A stretch of 64,000 bases of DNA from Eubacteriales bacterium (lineage in GTDB: Bacteria > Bacillota > Clostridia > Oscillospirales > CAG-272). The stretch covers positions 3,170 to 67,169 of the forward strand of contig JAZSEC010000018.1 in NCBI GenBank assembly GCA_045531485.1. Direction: 5' to 3'. The notes below the pieces were generated by a model. The model searched no databases, was not told the origin of the DNA, and worked only from the letters and a program-made list of their open reading frames with translations. How positions within the stretch are numbered: position 1 is the first letter of the stretch; each line of letters begins with the position of its first letter. Position numbers and translations under genes: made by a program. This document shows, in pieces, positions 9,033 to 18,950 of this stretch.

Positions 9033-10643
9033 TTATGCTTCCTCAGCAACAGCCTCAGCTGCGTGACGCTCTGCAAGCTCTGCCTTCATAGTAGCGAGAG
9101 TCTTTCTATCAATGTTATAGATAAGAGCAACGCCTACGAACTGGCAAACTGCACTGAAGGTGTAGAGAGCTGCAACGAGCCAGCAAAGCTTACCTGCGGT
9201 TTCAGCGGACTGACCGATGGTACCGAGTGCGGAATCGTAGCCGATAAGGGGAGTACCCATGATTGCGATAACAGCAGCGGGGCCAACACCCTGAGCGAGC
9301 TTTCTGAAGAAGGAGTGAAGAGAGTAAACAACGCTCTCCTCTCTCTTACCGAACTTCCACTCCTGGTAGTCGATAGCATCACCCATCATAGCCCAGGATA
9401 CGCAGTTATAGAAGCCCATACCAAGACCGAAGAAGATAAGACCGATCATGTATACGATGAGCTGAGCACCCTTGGGGCAGAGGGGGAATATGAGAAGGAT
9501 CGCACCGCCAATAAGGCCTGCGATAGAACCGATAGAAGCAACCTCCTTCTTACCGAACTTCTTAACAAGCTTGGTAGCGAAGGGCATGAAGATGAACATG
9601 GGAAGGAAGCCTACCATCATTACAAGACCGGAGAGGGATGCCTGACCGAAGTGAGTTGCGAACATGATGGTGTTAGCGGGAGATGCAGACTGCATACCGA
9701 GGAACATACCCATAGCTGCGATGGTACAACCAACTGCAGGACGGTTCTTCATGAAGGTGCCGAGAGACTTAAGGATATTAACCTTCTCGCCACCCTCCTG
9801 GTTGAGCTGTGCATACTCATTGCCACGGATGGTGATATTCTTGATCATGAGAAGGAAGAATACGAAGCCGATAACGCCCATGATGAGAGCTGCCCAGAAT
9901 ACCATGTTACCCTCGAGAACCTCGATCTGGCTACCGGTAAGGGGGCTAAGAACCTTATCGCCTTCCTTATAAAGCTCGCCTGTAATGGGATTCTTAAGGA
10001 AGTTATCAACAGAGAACTTATCCTCTGCACCCTCGGGAATCTCGATTCTGTCAAGGAACCAACCGGGATTCTTGGGATCGAAGGTAACCTTGTTCCAGAT
10101 AAGCATAGGAAGAATGATACCGGGAAGCATGCCGCCAACAGCACCACCGATGGATCTGAATACGGAGAGAGAAGCTCTTTCCTGATCGTCCTCGGTAACG
10201 ATGTTAAGCATAGTGCCGTAAGGAACGTTTGCCATAGTGTATGCTGCATCCCAAACAACGTAGCCAAGGATGAAGAGAACAGCCTTGATTACCTCGGGAG
10301 CCTTGGGGAAGGGAAGGAATACTGCCGCACCACCAACGAGAAGACCGATAGCACCGATAAGTATGTAGGTCTTATACTTACCCATCTTGTACTTTCTCTT
10401 ATCTGCATCGATGAGAGAACCGATGATGGGGTCGTTGATCGCATCCCACGCCTGAACAATGAGGAGAAGGAGCGAGAAGAGGCCGGTTTCCATCATCATG
10501 AAAACGAGCCAGAAGGTCTGAACTGTTCCCTTAAGGGAGAAGCTCATGTTACAGCCAAGATCGCCTGCAGCATAAGCAAGCTTGTCGCGAATACCAAACT
10601 TGCGATGGCCGTTAGCGTCGAGTTGAACGGGTTTCTTTGCCAT
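9033..10643 (-). CDS. Glycoside-pentoside-hexuronide (GPH) family cation symporter, likely glucuronide carrier
   Basis: 'FGIRDKLAYAAGDLGCN' GPH N-terminal signature with a polytopic layout. Lies upstream of the GUS gene. GGAGG RBS. Confidence 0.8.
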   Translation of the reverse strand: MAKKPVQLDANGHRKFGIRDKLAYAAGDLGCNMSFSLKGTVQTFWLVFMMMETGLFSLLLLIVQAWDAINDPIIGSLIDADKRKYKMGKYKTYILIGAIGLLVGGAAVFLPFPKAPEVIKAVLFILGYVVWDAAYTMANVPYGTMLNIVTEDDQERASLSVFRSIGGAVGGMLPGIILPMLIWNKVTFDPKNPGWFLDRIEIPEGAEDKFSVDNFLKNPITGELYKEGDKVLSPLTGSQIEVLEGNMVFWAALIMGVIGFVFFLLMIKNITIRGNEYAQLNQEGGEKVNILKSLGTFMKNRPAVGCTIAAMGMFLGMQSASPANTIMFATHFGQASLSGLVMMVGFLPMFIFMPFATKLVKKFGKKEVASIGSIAGLIGGAILLIFPLCPKGAQLIVYMIGLIFFGLGMGFYNCVSWAMMGDAIDYQEWKFGKREESVVYSLHSFFRKLAQGVGPAAVIAIMGTPLIGYDSALGTIGQSAETAGKLCWLVAALYTFSAVCQFVGVALIYNIDRKTLATMKAELAERHAAEAVAEEA

Positions 10644-10730
10644 TTTGATTTTCCTCCAAAAAAATATATTTATTTTGCTTTTAATTTAGCAATATTATTA
10701 TAACAGATTATTAATAATGTAAGCAAGACC

Positions 10731-10747
10731 CAAAAGTGCCACTTTTG
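10731..10747. promoter_or_regulatory. Perfect 8-1-8 palindrome, candidate TetR operator
   Basis: CAAAAGTG-C-CACTTTTG in the divergent transporter/TetR intergenic region. Confidence 0.35.
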
Positions 10748-10771
10748 TGACACCCCCATACAAAAATAATG

Positions 10772-10788
10772 AATGACTTTTAGTCATT
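10772..10788. promoter_or_regulatory. Second palindrome (7-3-7), candidate operator
   Basis: AATGACT-TTT-AGTCATT in the same intergenic region. Confidence 0.3.
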
Positions 10789-10929
10789 ATGAATAGAACA
10801 TGAACCATATTCAGTCAAAAATGGCAAAAAAATGAAAAGTGCTTGACTATTTTTTATAAATAAAGTATAATGGGAATAAAGCGTGACACTGTAAATTCGA
10901 CAGTAAATTACGGATAATTCGGAGGAAGT

Positions 10930-11520
10930 ATGTATAAGCTTTGTAAAACCGAGGAATCGAGCAAAAGACAGAGAGAGATCGAGCAGCATCTGCTGAATCT
11001 TATGAGAGAGAAAAGATATGATGATATTTCGGTCAGCGAGATCTGCGAGCGTGCCGGCGTTCCGAGAAAGTCCTTTTACCGTTACTTTGATGGCAAGGAG
11101 GGTGCGATGCAATCCTTGCTTTATCACAATATGACGGATTTTCATTCCTTCTCAGACATTCTTGAGAAAAAGGATAGGCGTACTCTTCAGGGTGAATTTG
11201 AGGAATTCTTCATGTTCTGGAAGGAAAAGCGTGATTTTCTCGAGGCCTTTGACAGAAGCAAGCTTATCGGTCTTCTGGTTGAAAATTCTACCAGCTATGC
11301 TATGAGTGAGTTTGTCAATATACGTAAATTTCTGGCCGAGGGTGACGAGAGGGAGAAGATACACGTTTTCCAGTTTACCATCTGCGGCCTTATGACGCTG
11401 ACTATTGATTGGTATCGCTCGGGCTTTGCCGAAAGCGTTCCCGAGATTGCCCGAACTGCCGCACGAATTATCAGCAAGCCTCTGTTCCCCGATCTTGATA
11501 AATTGGGCATAAAAACCTAA
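10930..11520 (+). CDS. TetR/AcrR family transcriptional regulator
   Basis: N-terminal HTH 'ISVSEICERAGVPRKSFYRYFDGKEG', 196 aa, divergent from the transporter. Confidence 0.85.
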   Translation: MYKLCKTEESSKRQREIEQHLLNLMREKRYDDISVSEICERAGVPRKSFYRYFDGKEGAMQSLLYHNMTDFHSFSDILEKKDRRTLQGEFEEFFMFWKEKRDFLEAFDRSKLIGLLVENSTSYAMSEFVNIRKFLAEGDEREKIHVFQFTICGLMTLTIDWYRSGFAESVPEIARTAARIISKPLFPDLDKLGIKT

Positions 11521-11530
11521 AAATGTAAAT

Positions 11531-11567
11531 AAAAGGTTGCAAAATCGTCGATTTTGCAACCTTTTTG
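11531..11567. terminator. Bidirectional terminator between convergent genes
   Basis: AGGTTGCAAAAT-CGTCG-ATTTTGCAACCT with flanking A-run and T-run. Confidence 0.6.
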
Positions 11568-11616
11568 TCTTATCTACCAATAAAGAAAAGCTTCCTTTGG
11601 CGGATGATTTTTTATT

Positions 11617-12735
11617 CTACTTGTTCTTGAAATACTGATATAGATAGCAGGGAAGCATGCCGTTATACAGCTTTCTCACCTTGTCTGCTCTCTTGCCGTA
11701 GAATCGCTCGAAGGCTGGGTGTGAGGTGATTATATAAACCTGCCAGGGAGATAGCGAGCGGAAATGCAGACCTATCTCACGGTAAAGCTGCTCCACCTCT
11801 CTCAGAGTGCCAAGCCTTTCGCCGTACGGTGGGTTACAGACGATAGTTCCGCGGCGTCCGTCAGCGGATATTTTTCTTGCATCCCTCTCGAACACCCTTA
11901 CAACGTCGGATACTCCCGCAAGCCTTACGTTTTTATTGGCCAGAGCAACGGCACTCGGGTCGATATCCGAGGCAAATGCCTCAAAATCGGTGCTATGCTC
12001 GGTGTCAAAGGCTTCCTCGCGGGCACATTTCCAGATTTTCTTATCAATAAAGGCAAATTCCTCTGCCGCAAAGCTACGGCTTCTGCCCGGTGCGATGCCC
12101 TTCATCATCATAGCCGCCTCGATGGCGATGGTTCCGCTTCCGCACATGGGATCCCAGAGCAGCACGTTCTCTCTTGGACGTGCGGTAGCGGCTATGGCTG
12201 CCGCCAGCGTTTCTCTTATGGGAGCACCGAGAGCATCCTTACGGTATCCTCTCTTGTGAAGAGCGATTCCCGAGGTGTCGATCATCAGCGTTGCCAGGTC
12301 GTTAAGGATAAAGAACTCTATCTGATACTTGATACCGCTCTCGGCAAATTGAGTGATGCCATACGCCTTTTCGAGCGAACGTACCACCGCTTTTTTGACA
12401 ATAGATTGGCAATCGGGTATAGAATGAAGCTTTGATTTTATGGCGTGACCCTTTACGGGGAAGGCGTCGTTTTTGCCTATATAATCCGACCAGTTAAGTG
12501 CTCTTACACCCTCGAAAAGCTGATCGAAGCTCTCGGCATTAAATGAGCCGACCTTGATAAAGATTCTCTCGGCATAGCGAAGAAATATATTAGACAGTGC
12601 AACGGCCTCCTCATCACCCGCGAAGGTGATCCTGCCGTCTATGGTGGATATTCTCTCGTATCCCAGTGCGTCTATCTCCTCGCCCAGCAGATGCTCCAGG
12701 CCGAAAAGACAGGTGGCAACAAGTTCAAATTTCAT
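11617..12735 (-). CDS. THUMP-domain class I SAM-dependent RNA methyltransferase (RlmL/YpsC-like)
   Basis: SAM motif I 'DPMCGSGTIAIEAA' and motif IV 'NPPYG'. The N-terminal region is THUMP-like. Confidence 0.85.
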   Translation of the reverse strand: MKFELVATCLFGLEHLLGEEIDALGYERISTIDGRITFAGDEEAVALSNIFLRYAERIFIKVGSFNAESFDQLFEGVRALNWSDYIGKNDAFPVKGHAIKSKLHSIPDCQSIVKKAVVRSLEKAYGITQFAESGIKYQIEFFILNDLATLMIDTSGIALHKRGYRKDALGAPIRETLAAAIAATARPRENVLLWDPMCGSGTIAIEAAMMMKGIAPGRSRSFAAEEFAFIDKKIWKCAREEAFDTEHSTDFEAFASDIDPSAVALANKNVRLAGVSDVVRVFERDARKISADGRRGTIVCNPPYGERLGTLREVEQLYREIGLHFRSLSPWQVYIITSHPAFERFYGKRADKVRKLYNGMLPCYLYQYFKNK

Positions 12736-12871
12736 CGGCTTACTCCATGTCTTATTTTGCTATATTATATCATCAAAATCCCTCTCAGTCAAGAAGAAAA
12801 AATATTGACATAAAAGGATATTTGTGCTAAAATAATTACAGAGGAAAATGACATATCAAGGAGGTGCTTTT

Positions 12872-13159
12872 ATGAAGCCTGTTTTAACCAATAATCTTAA
12901 CACCTGGGGATACGTTGGATTATTCATCCTTTTCTGCATGCCCTACGTTGGAACTCCCGCGTTAATTATCTGTGCATTATTCGTGAGAGATCACGCGGTC
13001 AAGAGCTTCGCCAGAGCAATTCTTCTTCTTTCGCTTCTGTCGGTTGTCTTTTTGGTAGTGATCGCTCTGCTGGGCCTTATCAACCTGGGTGATTTCAATT
13101 TTGACGTGGACGGCGGCGTTCAGGTATTCGATTACCTGAGAGGCGTACTCAGATTTTAA
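12872..13159 (+). CDS. Small membrane protein (hypothetical)
   Basis: 95-aa ORF from an ATG 7 nt after AGGAGG, with two or three hydrophobic helices and a terminator downstream. Confidence 0.45.
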   Translation: MKPVLTNNLNTWGYVGLFILFCMPYVGTPALIICALFVRDHAVKSFARAILLLSLLSVVFLVVIALLGLINLGDFNFDVDGGVQVFDYLRGVLRF

Positions 13160-13171
13160 AAGAATATTCAG

Positions 13172-13207
13172 ATCGCAGGCTTTTAGCCTGCGATTTTTCT
13201 TTTTTCT
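13172..13207 (+). terminator. Rho-independent terminator
   Basis: ATCGCAGGC-TTTT-AGCCTGCGAT followed by TTTTTCTTTTTT. Confidence 0.65.
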
Positions 13208-13273
13208 GTTGATTTTTATTTTAGTTATGATATAATAGGCTTGAAAAAAAGCTCAGCCGAAAGGAAAAATAAA

Positions 13274-15625
13274 ATGAGTAGATTTTATCTTAATAATGAC
13301 TGGCGTTTTGCCTTTGACTTTGACTCTGCCGACACCGTGGAGGTGAGAATTCCTCATACGGTTAAGGAAACACCTTTTAATTATTTCTCCGAGGATGAAT
13401 ACCAGACCGTTTCCCGCTATGAAAGAAGCATTTTTGCACCCGAGGAATGGGCAGGCAGCAGAGTGCTTCTTACCTTCGACGGCGTGGCTCATTATGCCCA
13501 GGTGTTCCTTAACGGTGAGAAAATAGGCGAGCATTACAGCGGATATACCGCATTTACCCTGGATATTTCGGACGCTCTCTCCTACGGTGAGGAAAATCAG
13601 CTGACCGTCAAGGTGGACTCCCGTGAGAGCCTTAATATCCCTCCCTTCGGCAACGTTATCGACTATATGACCTACGGCGGAATCTACCGCGACGTATATA
13701 TCGACGTAAAAAATGCAACCTATATTTCCGACGTTTTCGTAAGGCCTGGGGCGTGCGGCAGGATAGAATCTGATATCAGCATCCTTGGCGAGATTTCTGC
13801 CGAGATGAAGATCGTGCAGAGCCTTTTTGACGGAAAAAACGAGATACGTATACTGGAAAATGATGCAAAAAGCACTCTTTCGCTCAAAGGAAGGGTGGAA
13901 AATATTACTCCCTGGGATATTGATAATCCCATGATCTATACCCTGAAAACTCAGCTTTGGCAGGGTGATGGCCTTGTGGACACTCACGAGGTGAAGATCG
14001 GCTTCCGTGATGCCGAGTTCCGTAAGGACGGCTTTTACCTTAACGGCAAAAGGCTGAAGATCCGCGGTCTTAACCGCCATCAGTCCTACCCTTACGTTGG
14101 CTATGCTATGCCCAGATCCATGCAGGAGATGGATGCTGACGTGCTGAAATACGAGCTTGGACTTAACACCGTACGTACCTCCCACTATCCCCAGTCCCAC
14201 TATTTCCTCGATCGCTGTGATGAGATCGGTCTGCTGGTTATTACCGAGATACCCGGCTGGCAGCATATAGGCGACGAAAAATGGCAGGATCAGGCGGTAA
14301 GGAACGTGGAGGAAATGATCCTTCAGTACAGAAACCATCCTTCAATAATTCTTTGGGGCGTGAGGATAAACGAATCCCGCGATAACGAGGCACTTTACAA
14401 GAGAACCAACGCCCTCGCTCACAGCCTTGATCCCACAAGACAAACCTGCGGTGTACGTAACTTTAAGAAAAGTCAGCTTCTTGAGGACGTCTACACCTAT
14501 AACGAGTTCCTTCACGATGGCAAAAGACCGGGCTGCGATCCTAAGTCTGCCGTCACCTCGGACAAGGATAAGCCTTATATGATCACCGAGTATAACGGTC
14601 ACATGTATCCCACCAAGTCCTTTGACTGTGAGGATCATAGGGTAGAGCATGCCCTTCGCCACGCCAGAGTGCTTGATGCGGTTGCGTCCTATGATGATAT
14701 TGCGGGCAGCTGCGGTTGGTGTATGGCGGATTATAATACCCATAAGGACTTTGGCTCGGGCGACCGTATCTGCTATCACGGCGTGACGGATATGTTCCGT
14801 AACCCAAAGCTTGCCGCCTCGGTATACGCCTCTCAGGGAAGTATTCCCATGCTTGAGATCAGCTCCTCAATGGATATTGGCGAGCATCCCGCCTGCATCA
14901 AGGGTGACATCTGGGCGTTTACCAATGCCGACAGCATCAGAATGTATAAGAACGATCGGTTTATTAAGGAGTATTCGTCGGCTGATAATAGACCCTTCCA
15001 AAATCTGCATCACAGTCCTATAATGATCGACGATTTTATCGGTGACTGTATAGCGAAAAACGAAAAAATGAAGCCACGTCAGGCTAAAATTCTGACAAAG
15101 GCATTAAATTACATTGCCCGTCACGGCTACGGCAATCTGCCTCCTAAGATCCTTTGGATCGCCGCACAGTGCATGGTGCTTTACGGTATGAGGATAAACG
15201 ACATTGTTGATCTTTACACCAAGTACGCAGGCGACTGGGGCGGTGTGTCCACCGTTTATCGCTTTGATGCCATAAAAAACGGCGAGGTGGTAAAATCGGT
15301 TACCAAGGCTCCTATGAATAAGGGCAGCCTCAGAGTCAATACCTATAAATCCGTCCTCACCGAGAGGGAGAGCTATGACGTTACGGCTATTCGTGTAGGT
15401 GCGGTCGACGAGTATGGAAACACGCTGTATTTCTCGAATGAGCCCATGACCGTCACCGCCGAGGGTCCCATCGAGATAATAGGCCCAAACGTAGTATCGC
15501 TTCGCGGCGGTATGGCAGGAATCTACGTTAAGACCGTGGGCAAGGAGGGTAAAGCCTCGGTTAAGATCTCAACCCCCTCGCTCGGCGAGATCACCGTAGC
15601 ACTTACGGTAGAGTCGAAAATGTAA
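13274..15625 (+). CDS. Glycoside hydrolase family 2 (beta-galactosidase-like; no N-x-K GUS motif seen)
   Basis: 'NNDWRFAF' N-terminus, 'ILWGVRINES' acid/base region and 'ITEYNGH' nucleophile region. The ATG at 13274 is preferred over the track's TTG at 13241. Confidence 0.85.
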   Translation: MSRFYLNNDWRFAFDFDSADTVEVRIPHTVKETPFNYFSEDEYQTVSRYERSIFAPEEWAGSRVLLTFDGVAHYAQVFLNGEKIGEHYSGYTAFTLDISDALSYGEENQLTVKVDSRESLNIPPFGNVIDYMTYGGIYRDVYIDVKNATYISDVFVRPGACGRIESDISILGEISAEMKIVQSLFDGKNEIRILENDAKSTLSLKGRVENITPWDIDNPMIYTLKTQLWQGDGLVDTHEVKIGFRDAEFRKDGFYLNGKRLKIRGLNRHQSYPYVGYAMPRSMQEMDADVLKYELGLNTVRTSHYPQSHYFLDRCDEIGLLVITEIPGWQHIGDEKWQDQAVRNVEEMILQYRNHPSIILWGVRINESRDNEALYKRTNALAHSLDPTRQTCGVRNFKKSQLLEDVYTYNEFLHDGKRPGCDPKSAVTSDKDKPYMITEYNGHMYPTKSFDCEDHRVEHALRHARVLDAVASYDDIAGSCGWCMADYNTHKDFGSGDRICYHGVTDMFRNPKLAASVYASQGSIPMLEISSSMDIGEHPACIKGDIWAFTNADSIRMYKNDRFIKEYSSADNRPFQNLHHSPIMIDDFIGDCIAKNEKMKPRQAKILTKALNYIARHGYGNLPPKILWIAAQCMVLYGMRINDIVDLYTKYAGDWGGVSTVYRFDAIKNGEVVKSVTKAPMNKGSLRVNTYKSVLTERESYDVTAIRVGAVDEYGNTLYFSNEPMTVTAEGPIEIIGPNVVSLRGGMAGIYVKTVGKEGKASVKISTPSLGEITVALTVESKM

Positions 15626-15719
15626 ACAATTCCTTTGCATTTGTAATGATTTATAGAAAATCCGACGGAATTCGGGCGATCTATAAAAACAGACGCCTTG
15701 TTTTTTCCACGGTAAGCTA

Positions 15720-15749
15720 TTGACATTATTATTATTTTTGTGATATAAT
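15720..15749 (+). promoter_or_regulatory. Promoter candidate for alaS
   Basis: TTGACA, 18-nt spacer, TATAAT with an upstream TG, about 45 nt before the alaS ATG. Confidence 0.45.
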
Positions 15750-15792
15750 TAATTGTTTATTAATTTTAGTATATTTTTAGGAGAAAATTCCA

Positions 15793-18414
15793 ATGAAATG
15801 GACGTCACTTAATGATTTAAGAGAAAAATATCTCGCATTCTTCGAGAGCAAGGGACACGTAAGACTCCCTTCCTTCTCGCTTGTACCCAATAACGACAAA
15901 TCCCTCCTTCTTATAAACTCCGGTATGGCTCCCATGAAGAAGTTCTTTACCGGTGAGGAGCAGCCCCCCAAGAACAGAGTTTGTACCTGTCAGAAGTGTA
16001 TCCGTACCCCCGACCTTGAGAGAGTTGGACACACCGCACGTCACGGCACATACTTTGAGATGCTCGGTAACTTCTCCTTTGGAGATTATTTCAAGGAGGA
16101 GGCTATTCCGTGGGCGTGGGAGTTCCTTACCGAAACTCTCGAGATCCCCGCAGATCTTCTCTGGCCCTCCGTATACGAGCAGGACGACGAGGCTTACGCT
16201 ATCTGGCGTGATAAGATCGGCGTTCCCGAGGAGCATATTGTAAAGCTCGGTAAGGCTGATAACTTCTGGGAGCATGGCTCCGGTCCCTGCGGCCCCTGCT
16301 CCGAGATCTACTTTGACCGCGGCATCAAGTTTGGCTGTGGCTCTCCCGACTGTAAGCCCGGCTGTGACTGTGACAGATTCATGGAGATCTGGAACAACGT
16401 ATTCTCTCAGTTCAATAACGACGGCAAGGGCAACTACACCGAGCTTGCACAGAAGAATATCGATACAGGTATGGGTCTTGAAAGACTTGCCTGCGTAATG
16501 CAGGGTGTTGGCAACCTCTTTGAGGTTGATACCGTTCGTGCTCTTCTTGACCGCGTTTGTGAGATCTCCGGCAAGACCTACGGTGCAGAGTGGTCTGACG
16601 ACGTTTCTATCCGTGTTATCACCGACCACGTTCGTTCTGCAACCTTCATGATCAGCGACGGCGTTATCCCCTCCAACGAGGGCCGTGGCTACGTTCTTCG
16701 TAGAATCATCCGCCGTGCTTGCCGTCACGGTAAGCTTCTCGGCATTAACGGTATGTTCCTTCGCGGCCTTTGCGAGATAGTTATTTCTCAGAACGAGGGT
16801 GCATATCCCGAGCTTAAGACAAAGTACGATTATATCCTTAAGGTTATGACTCTTGAGGAGGAGAGATTTAACGCAACCATCGACGCGGGTCTTGGTATTC
16901 TTAACGGCCTTGTTGCAGATGCAAAGGCAAAGGGCGAGAGCACTCTTTCGGGTGCTGATACCTTTAAGCTTTACGATACCTTCGGCTTCCCCGTTGACCT
17001 CACCCGTGAGATCGCAGAGGAGGAAGGTCTTTCTATCGACGAGGACGCCTTCAAGGCTCTTATGGAGGAGCAGAAGCAGAGAGCAAGAGCGGCAAGAGGC
17101 AACATCTCCGGCTGGTCCGACAGCTCCAAGTCCCTTCTTGAGAATCTTCCTCAGACCGAGTTCCTCGGCTACACCGAGGTTAAGTGTGAGGGTAAGGTGC
17201 TTTCCATCTTTGTTGACAACGAGGCTGTAGAGTCGGTTTCCGAGGGCGAATGCACTATCGTTACCGATAAGACCGTATTCTACGGCGAGGGCGGTGGCCA
17301 GGTTGGTGACAGCGGTGTTATTACTCTCGGTGATACCAGACTCACCGTTGTTGATACCAAAAAGACAAACGGCGTTTACCTTCACGAATGTCAGGTGGAG
17401 AACGGATCTGTTAAGGTTGGCGATCAGCTTACCCTTGAGATCGACACCGTACGCCGTGATGCAATAAAGAGAAATCACTCTGCGGCTCATCTTCTTCAGG
17501 CGGCACTCCGTTCTGTTCTCGGCACTCACGTCGAGCAGGCAGGTTCCTACGTTGACGAGCATAGAGTTCGCTTCGACTTTACTCACCTCGCGGCTATGAC
17601 TGCAGATGAGATCAGCGAGGTTGAGGCTATTGTAAACAGAAATATTCTTCTCGCAGAAAATGCTGAAACCATCGTTACCACGCCCGATGAGGCAAAGAAG
17701 ATGGGTGCTATGGCACTCTTCGGTGAGAAGTACGGCTCTGAGGTTAGAGTTGTTAAGATCGGCTCCTCCTCCACCGAGCTTTGCGGCGGTACTCACGTAT
17801 CCAGCACCGGTAATATCGGTCTGTTCAAGGTTATATCCGAGAGCTCGGTTGCGGCAGGTGTAAGACGTATTGAGGGTACTACCGGTCTTGGCGTGCTTGC
17901 TCTCCTCGGTGAGAGAGATGCTCTTATCCGTGACACCGCAAAGGAGCTTAAATCTCCTAACGTTAACGGTATTGCCAAGAAGGCAGAGTCGCTCCAGGCA
18001 GAGATCAAGGAGCTTCGTCGTGAGCTTGAGAGTGCAAATTCTCAGATCGCTAACGCTAAGGCTGAGGCTCTCCTCTCCGGCATTAAGACCGTTGGTAAGT
18101 TCAAGCTTCTCGCTGCTAAGATTGAGATGCGTCCCGACCAGGCAAGAGGCCTTTGCGACACTGTTAAGGACAGATATTCCGACGCGGTTGCTGTGTTTGC
18201 GGCAGTATCCGACGGCAAGCTGAACTTTGCTGTTTGTGCAGGTCCCGATGCGGTTAAGGCAGGTGCTCACGCAGGTAACCTTCTCCGCGAGGTTGCGGCT
18301 ATCTGCGGCGGTAAGGGCGGCGGACGGCCTGATTCTGCAATGGGCGGCGGACGTGATATCGACAAGATTTCCGACGCACTCCTTAAGGCTGAGGAAATTC
18401 TTGCTAACATCTAA
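15793..18414 (+). CDS. alaS: Alanine--tRNA ligase
   Basis: 873 aa with 'FESKGHVRLPSFSLVP..DKSLLLINSGMAPMK' at the N-terminus and a C-terminal 'CGGKGGGRPD' DHHA1-type motif. Confidence 0.97.
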   Translation: MKWTSLNDLREKYLAFFESKGHVRLPSFSLVPNNDKSLLLINSGMAPMKKFFTGEEQPPKNRVCTCQKCIRTPDLERVGHTARHGTYFEMLGNFSFGDYFKEEAIPWAWEFLTETLEIPADLLWPSVYEQDDEAYAIWRDKIGVPEEHIVKLGKADNFWEHGSGPCGPCSEIYFDRGIKFGCGSPDCKPGCDCDRFMEIWNNVFSQFNNDGKGNYTELAQKNIDTGMGLERLACVMQGVGNLFEVDTVRALLDRVCEISGKTYGAEWSDDVSIRVITDHVRSATFMISDGVIPSNEGRGYVLRRIIRRACRHGKLLGINGMFLRGLCEIVISQNEGAYPELKTKYDYILKVMTLEEERFNATIDAGLGILNGLVADAKAKGESTLSGADTFKLYDTFGFPVDLTREIAEEEGLSIDEDAFKALMEEQKQRARAARGNISGWSDSSKSLLENLPQTEFLGYTEVKCEGKVLSIFVDNEAVESVSEGECTIVTDKTVFYGEGGGQVGDSGVITLGDTRLTVVDTKKTNGVYLHECQVENGSVKVGDQLTLEIDTVRRDAIKRNHSAAHLLQAALRSVLGTHVEQAGSYVDEHRVRFDFTHLAAMTADEISEVEAIVNRNILLAENAETIVTTPDEAKKMGAMALFGEKYGSEVRVVKIGSSSTELCGGTHVSSTGNIGLFKVISESSVAAGVRRIEGTTGLGVLALLGERDALIRDTAKELKSPNVNGIAKKAESLQAEIKELRRELESANSQIANAKAEALLSGIKTVGKFKLLAAKIEMRPDQARGLCDTVKDRYSDAVAVFAAVSDGKLNFAVCAGPDAVKAGAHAGNLLREVAAICGGKGGGRPDSAMGGGRDIDKISDALLKAEEILANI

Positions 18415-18498
18415 ACAAGCCTTTCCGCGAGGAAAAGGCTGATTAAGGCTGATAAAATCTTGCTAACATCTAAACAAGCCTTCCCCTTGAGGGGAAGG
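18383..18498 (+). repeat. Two tandem ~60-bp units, each carrying the alaS 3' end (..ILANI stop) plus a terminator-like hairpin
   Basis: TTAAGGCTGA[G/T][G/A]AAA(T)TCTTGCTAACATCTAAACAAGCC plus hairpin, starting at 18383 and 18443. Confidence 0.8.
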
Positions 18499-18942
18499 TG
18501 TCACCACAGGTGACGGATGAGGTGTATTGTATGAATAAAAATAATAACCCTTATTTAACTCGTTTTTCTCAGAAACTGCGAACGAACATGACCAAAGAAG
18601 AAAAACATCTGTGGTATGATTTTTTTAAAAAAATTCCTTATACAGTAAACAGACAAAAGGTTGTTGGAAACTATATTTTGGATTTTTACTGTGCAGAGGC
18701 TAAAATAGCAATAGAGCTTGACGGTGCACAGCATTATGAGCATTATGCTAAAGAAAAGGACGAGAAGAGAGATGAATTTCTAAATCAACAGGGAATTGAG
18801 GTTTTAAGATATTCAAATCTTGAGCTTAACAACAATTTTGAGGGCGTCTGCTTTGATATTTTAGAAAAAATAAAATTTTCGATAGAAAGTAACGCCACCT
18901 CATCCGTCAGGCAAGCCTGCCACCTTCCCCTCGAGGGGAAGG
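18479..18942 (+). mobile_element. DUF559 endonuclease cassette bounded by ~46-bp imperfect inverted repeats
   Basis: The left end (reverse complement) is CACCTCATCCGTCACCTGTGGTGACACCTTCCCCTCAAGGGGAAGG. The right end is CACCTCATCCGTCAGGCAAGCCTGCCACCTTCCCCTCGAGGGGAAGG. Confidence 0.5.
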
Positions 18943-18950
18943 CTGATTAA
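18531..18950 (+). CDS. DUF559 (Vsr-like) endonuclease domain protein
   Basis: 'LRTNMTKEEKHLWYDFFKK..VNRQKVVGNYILDFYCAEAKIAIELDGAQH..RDEFLNQQGIEVLRYSNLEL' is the typical DUF559 pattern. The ATG at 18531 is preferred over the GTG at 18498. The ORF tail reads into the right inverted repeat. Confidence 0.85.
   Translation: MNKNNNPYLTRFSQKLRTNMTKEEKHLWYDFFKKIPYTVNRQKVVGNYILDFYCAEAKIAIELDGAQHYEHYAKEKDEKRDEFLNQQGIEVLRYSNLELNNNFEGVCFDILEKIKFSIESNATSSVRQACHLPLEGKAD

Noticed and set aside
15626-15792. T-box leader upstream of alaS.
   Set aside because: The leader is only about 45 nt downstream of the best promoter. No T-box sequence (..GGGUGGUACCGCG..) and no terminator/antiterminator pair is present.
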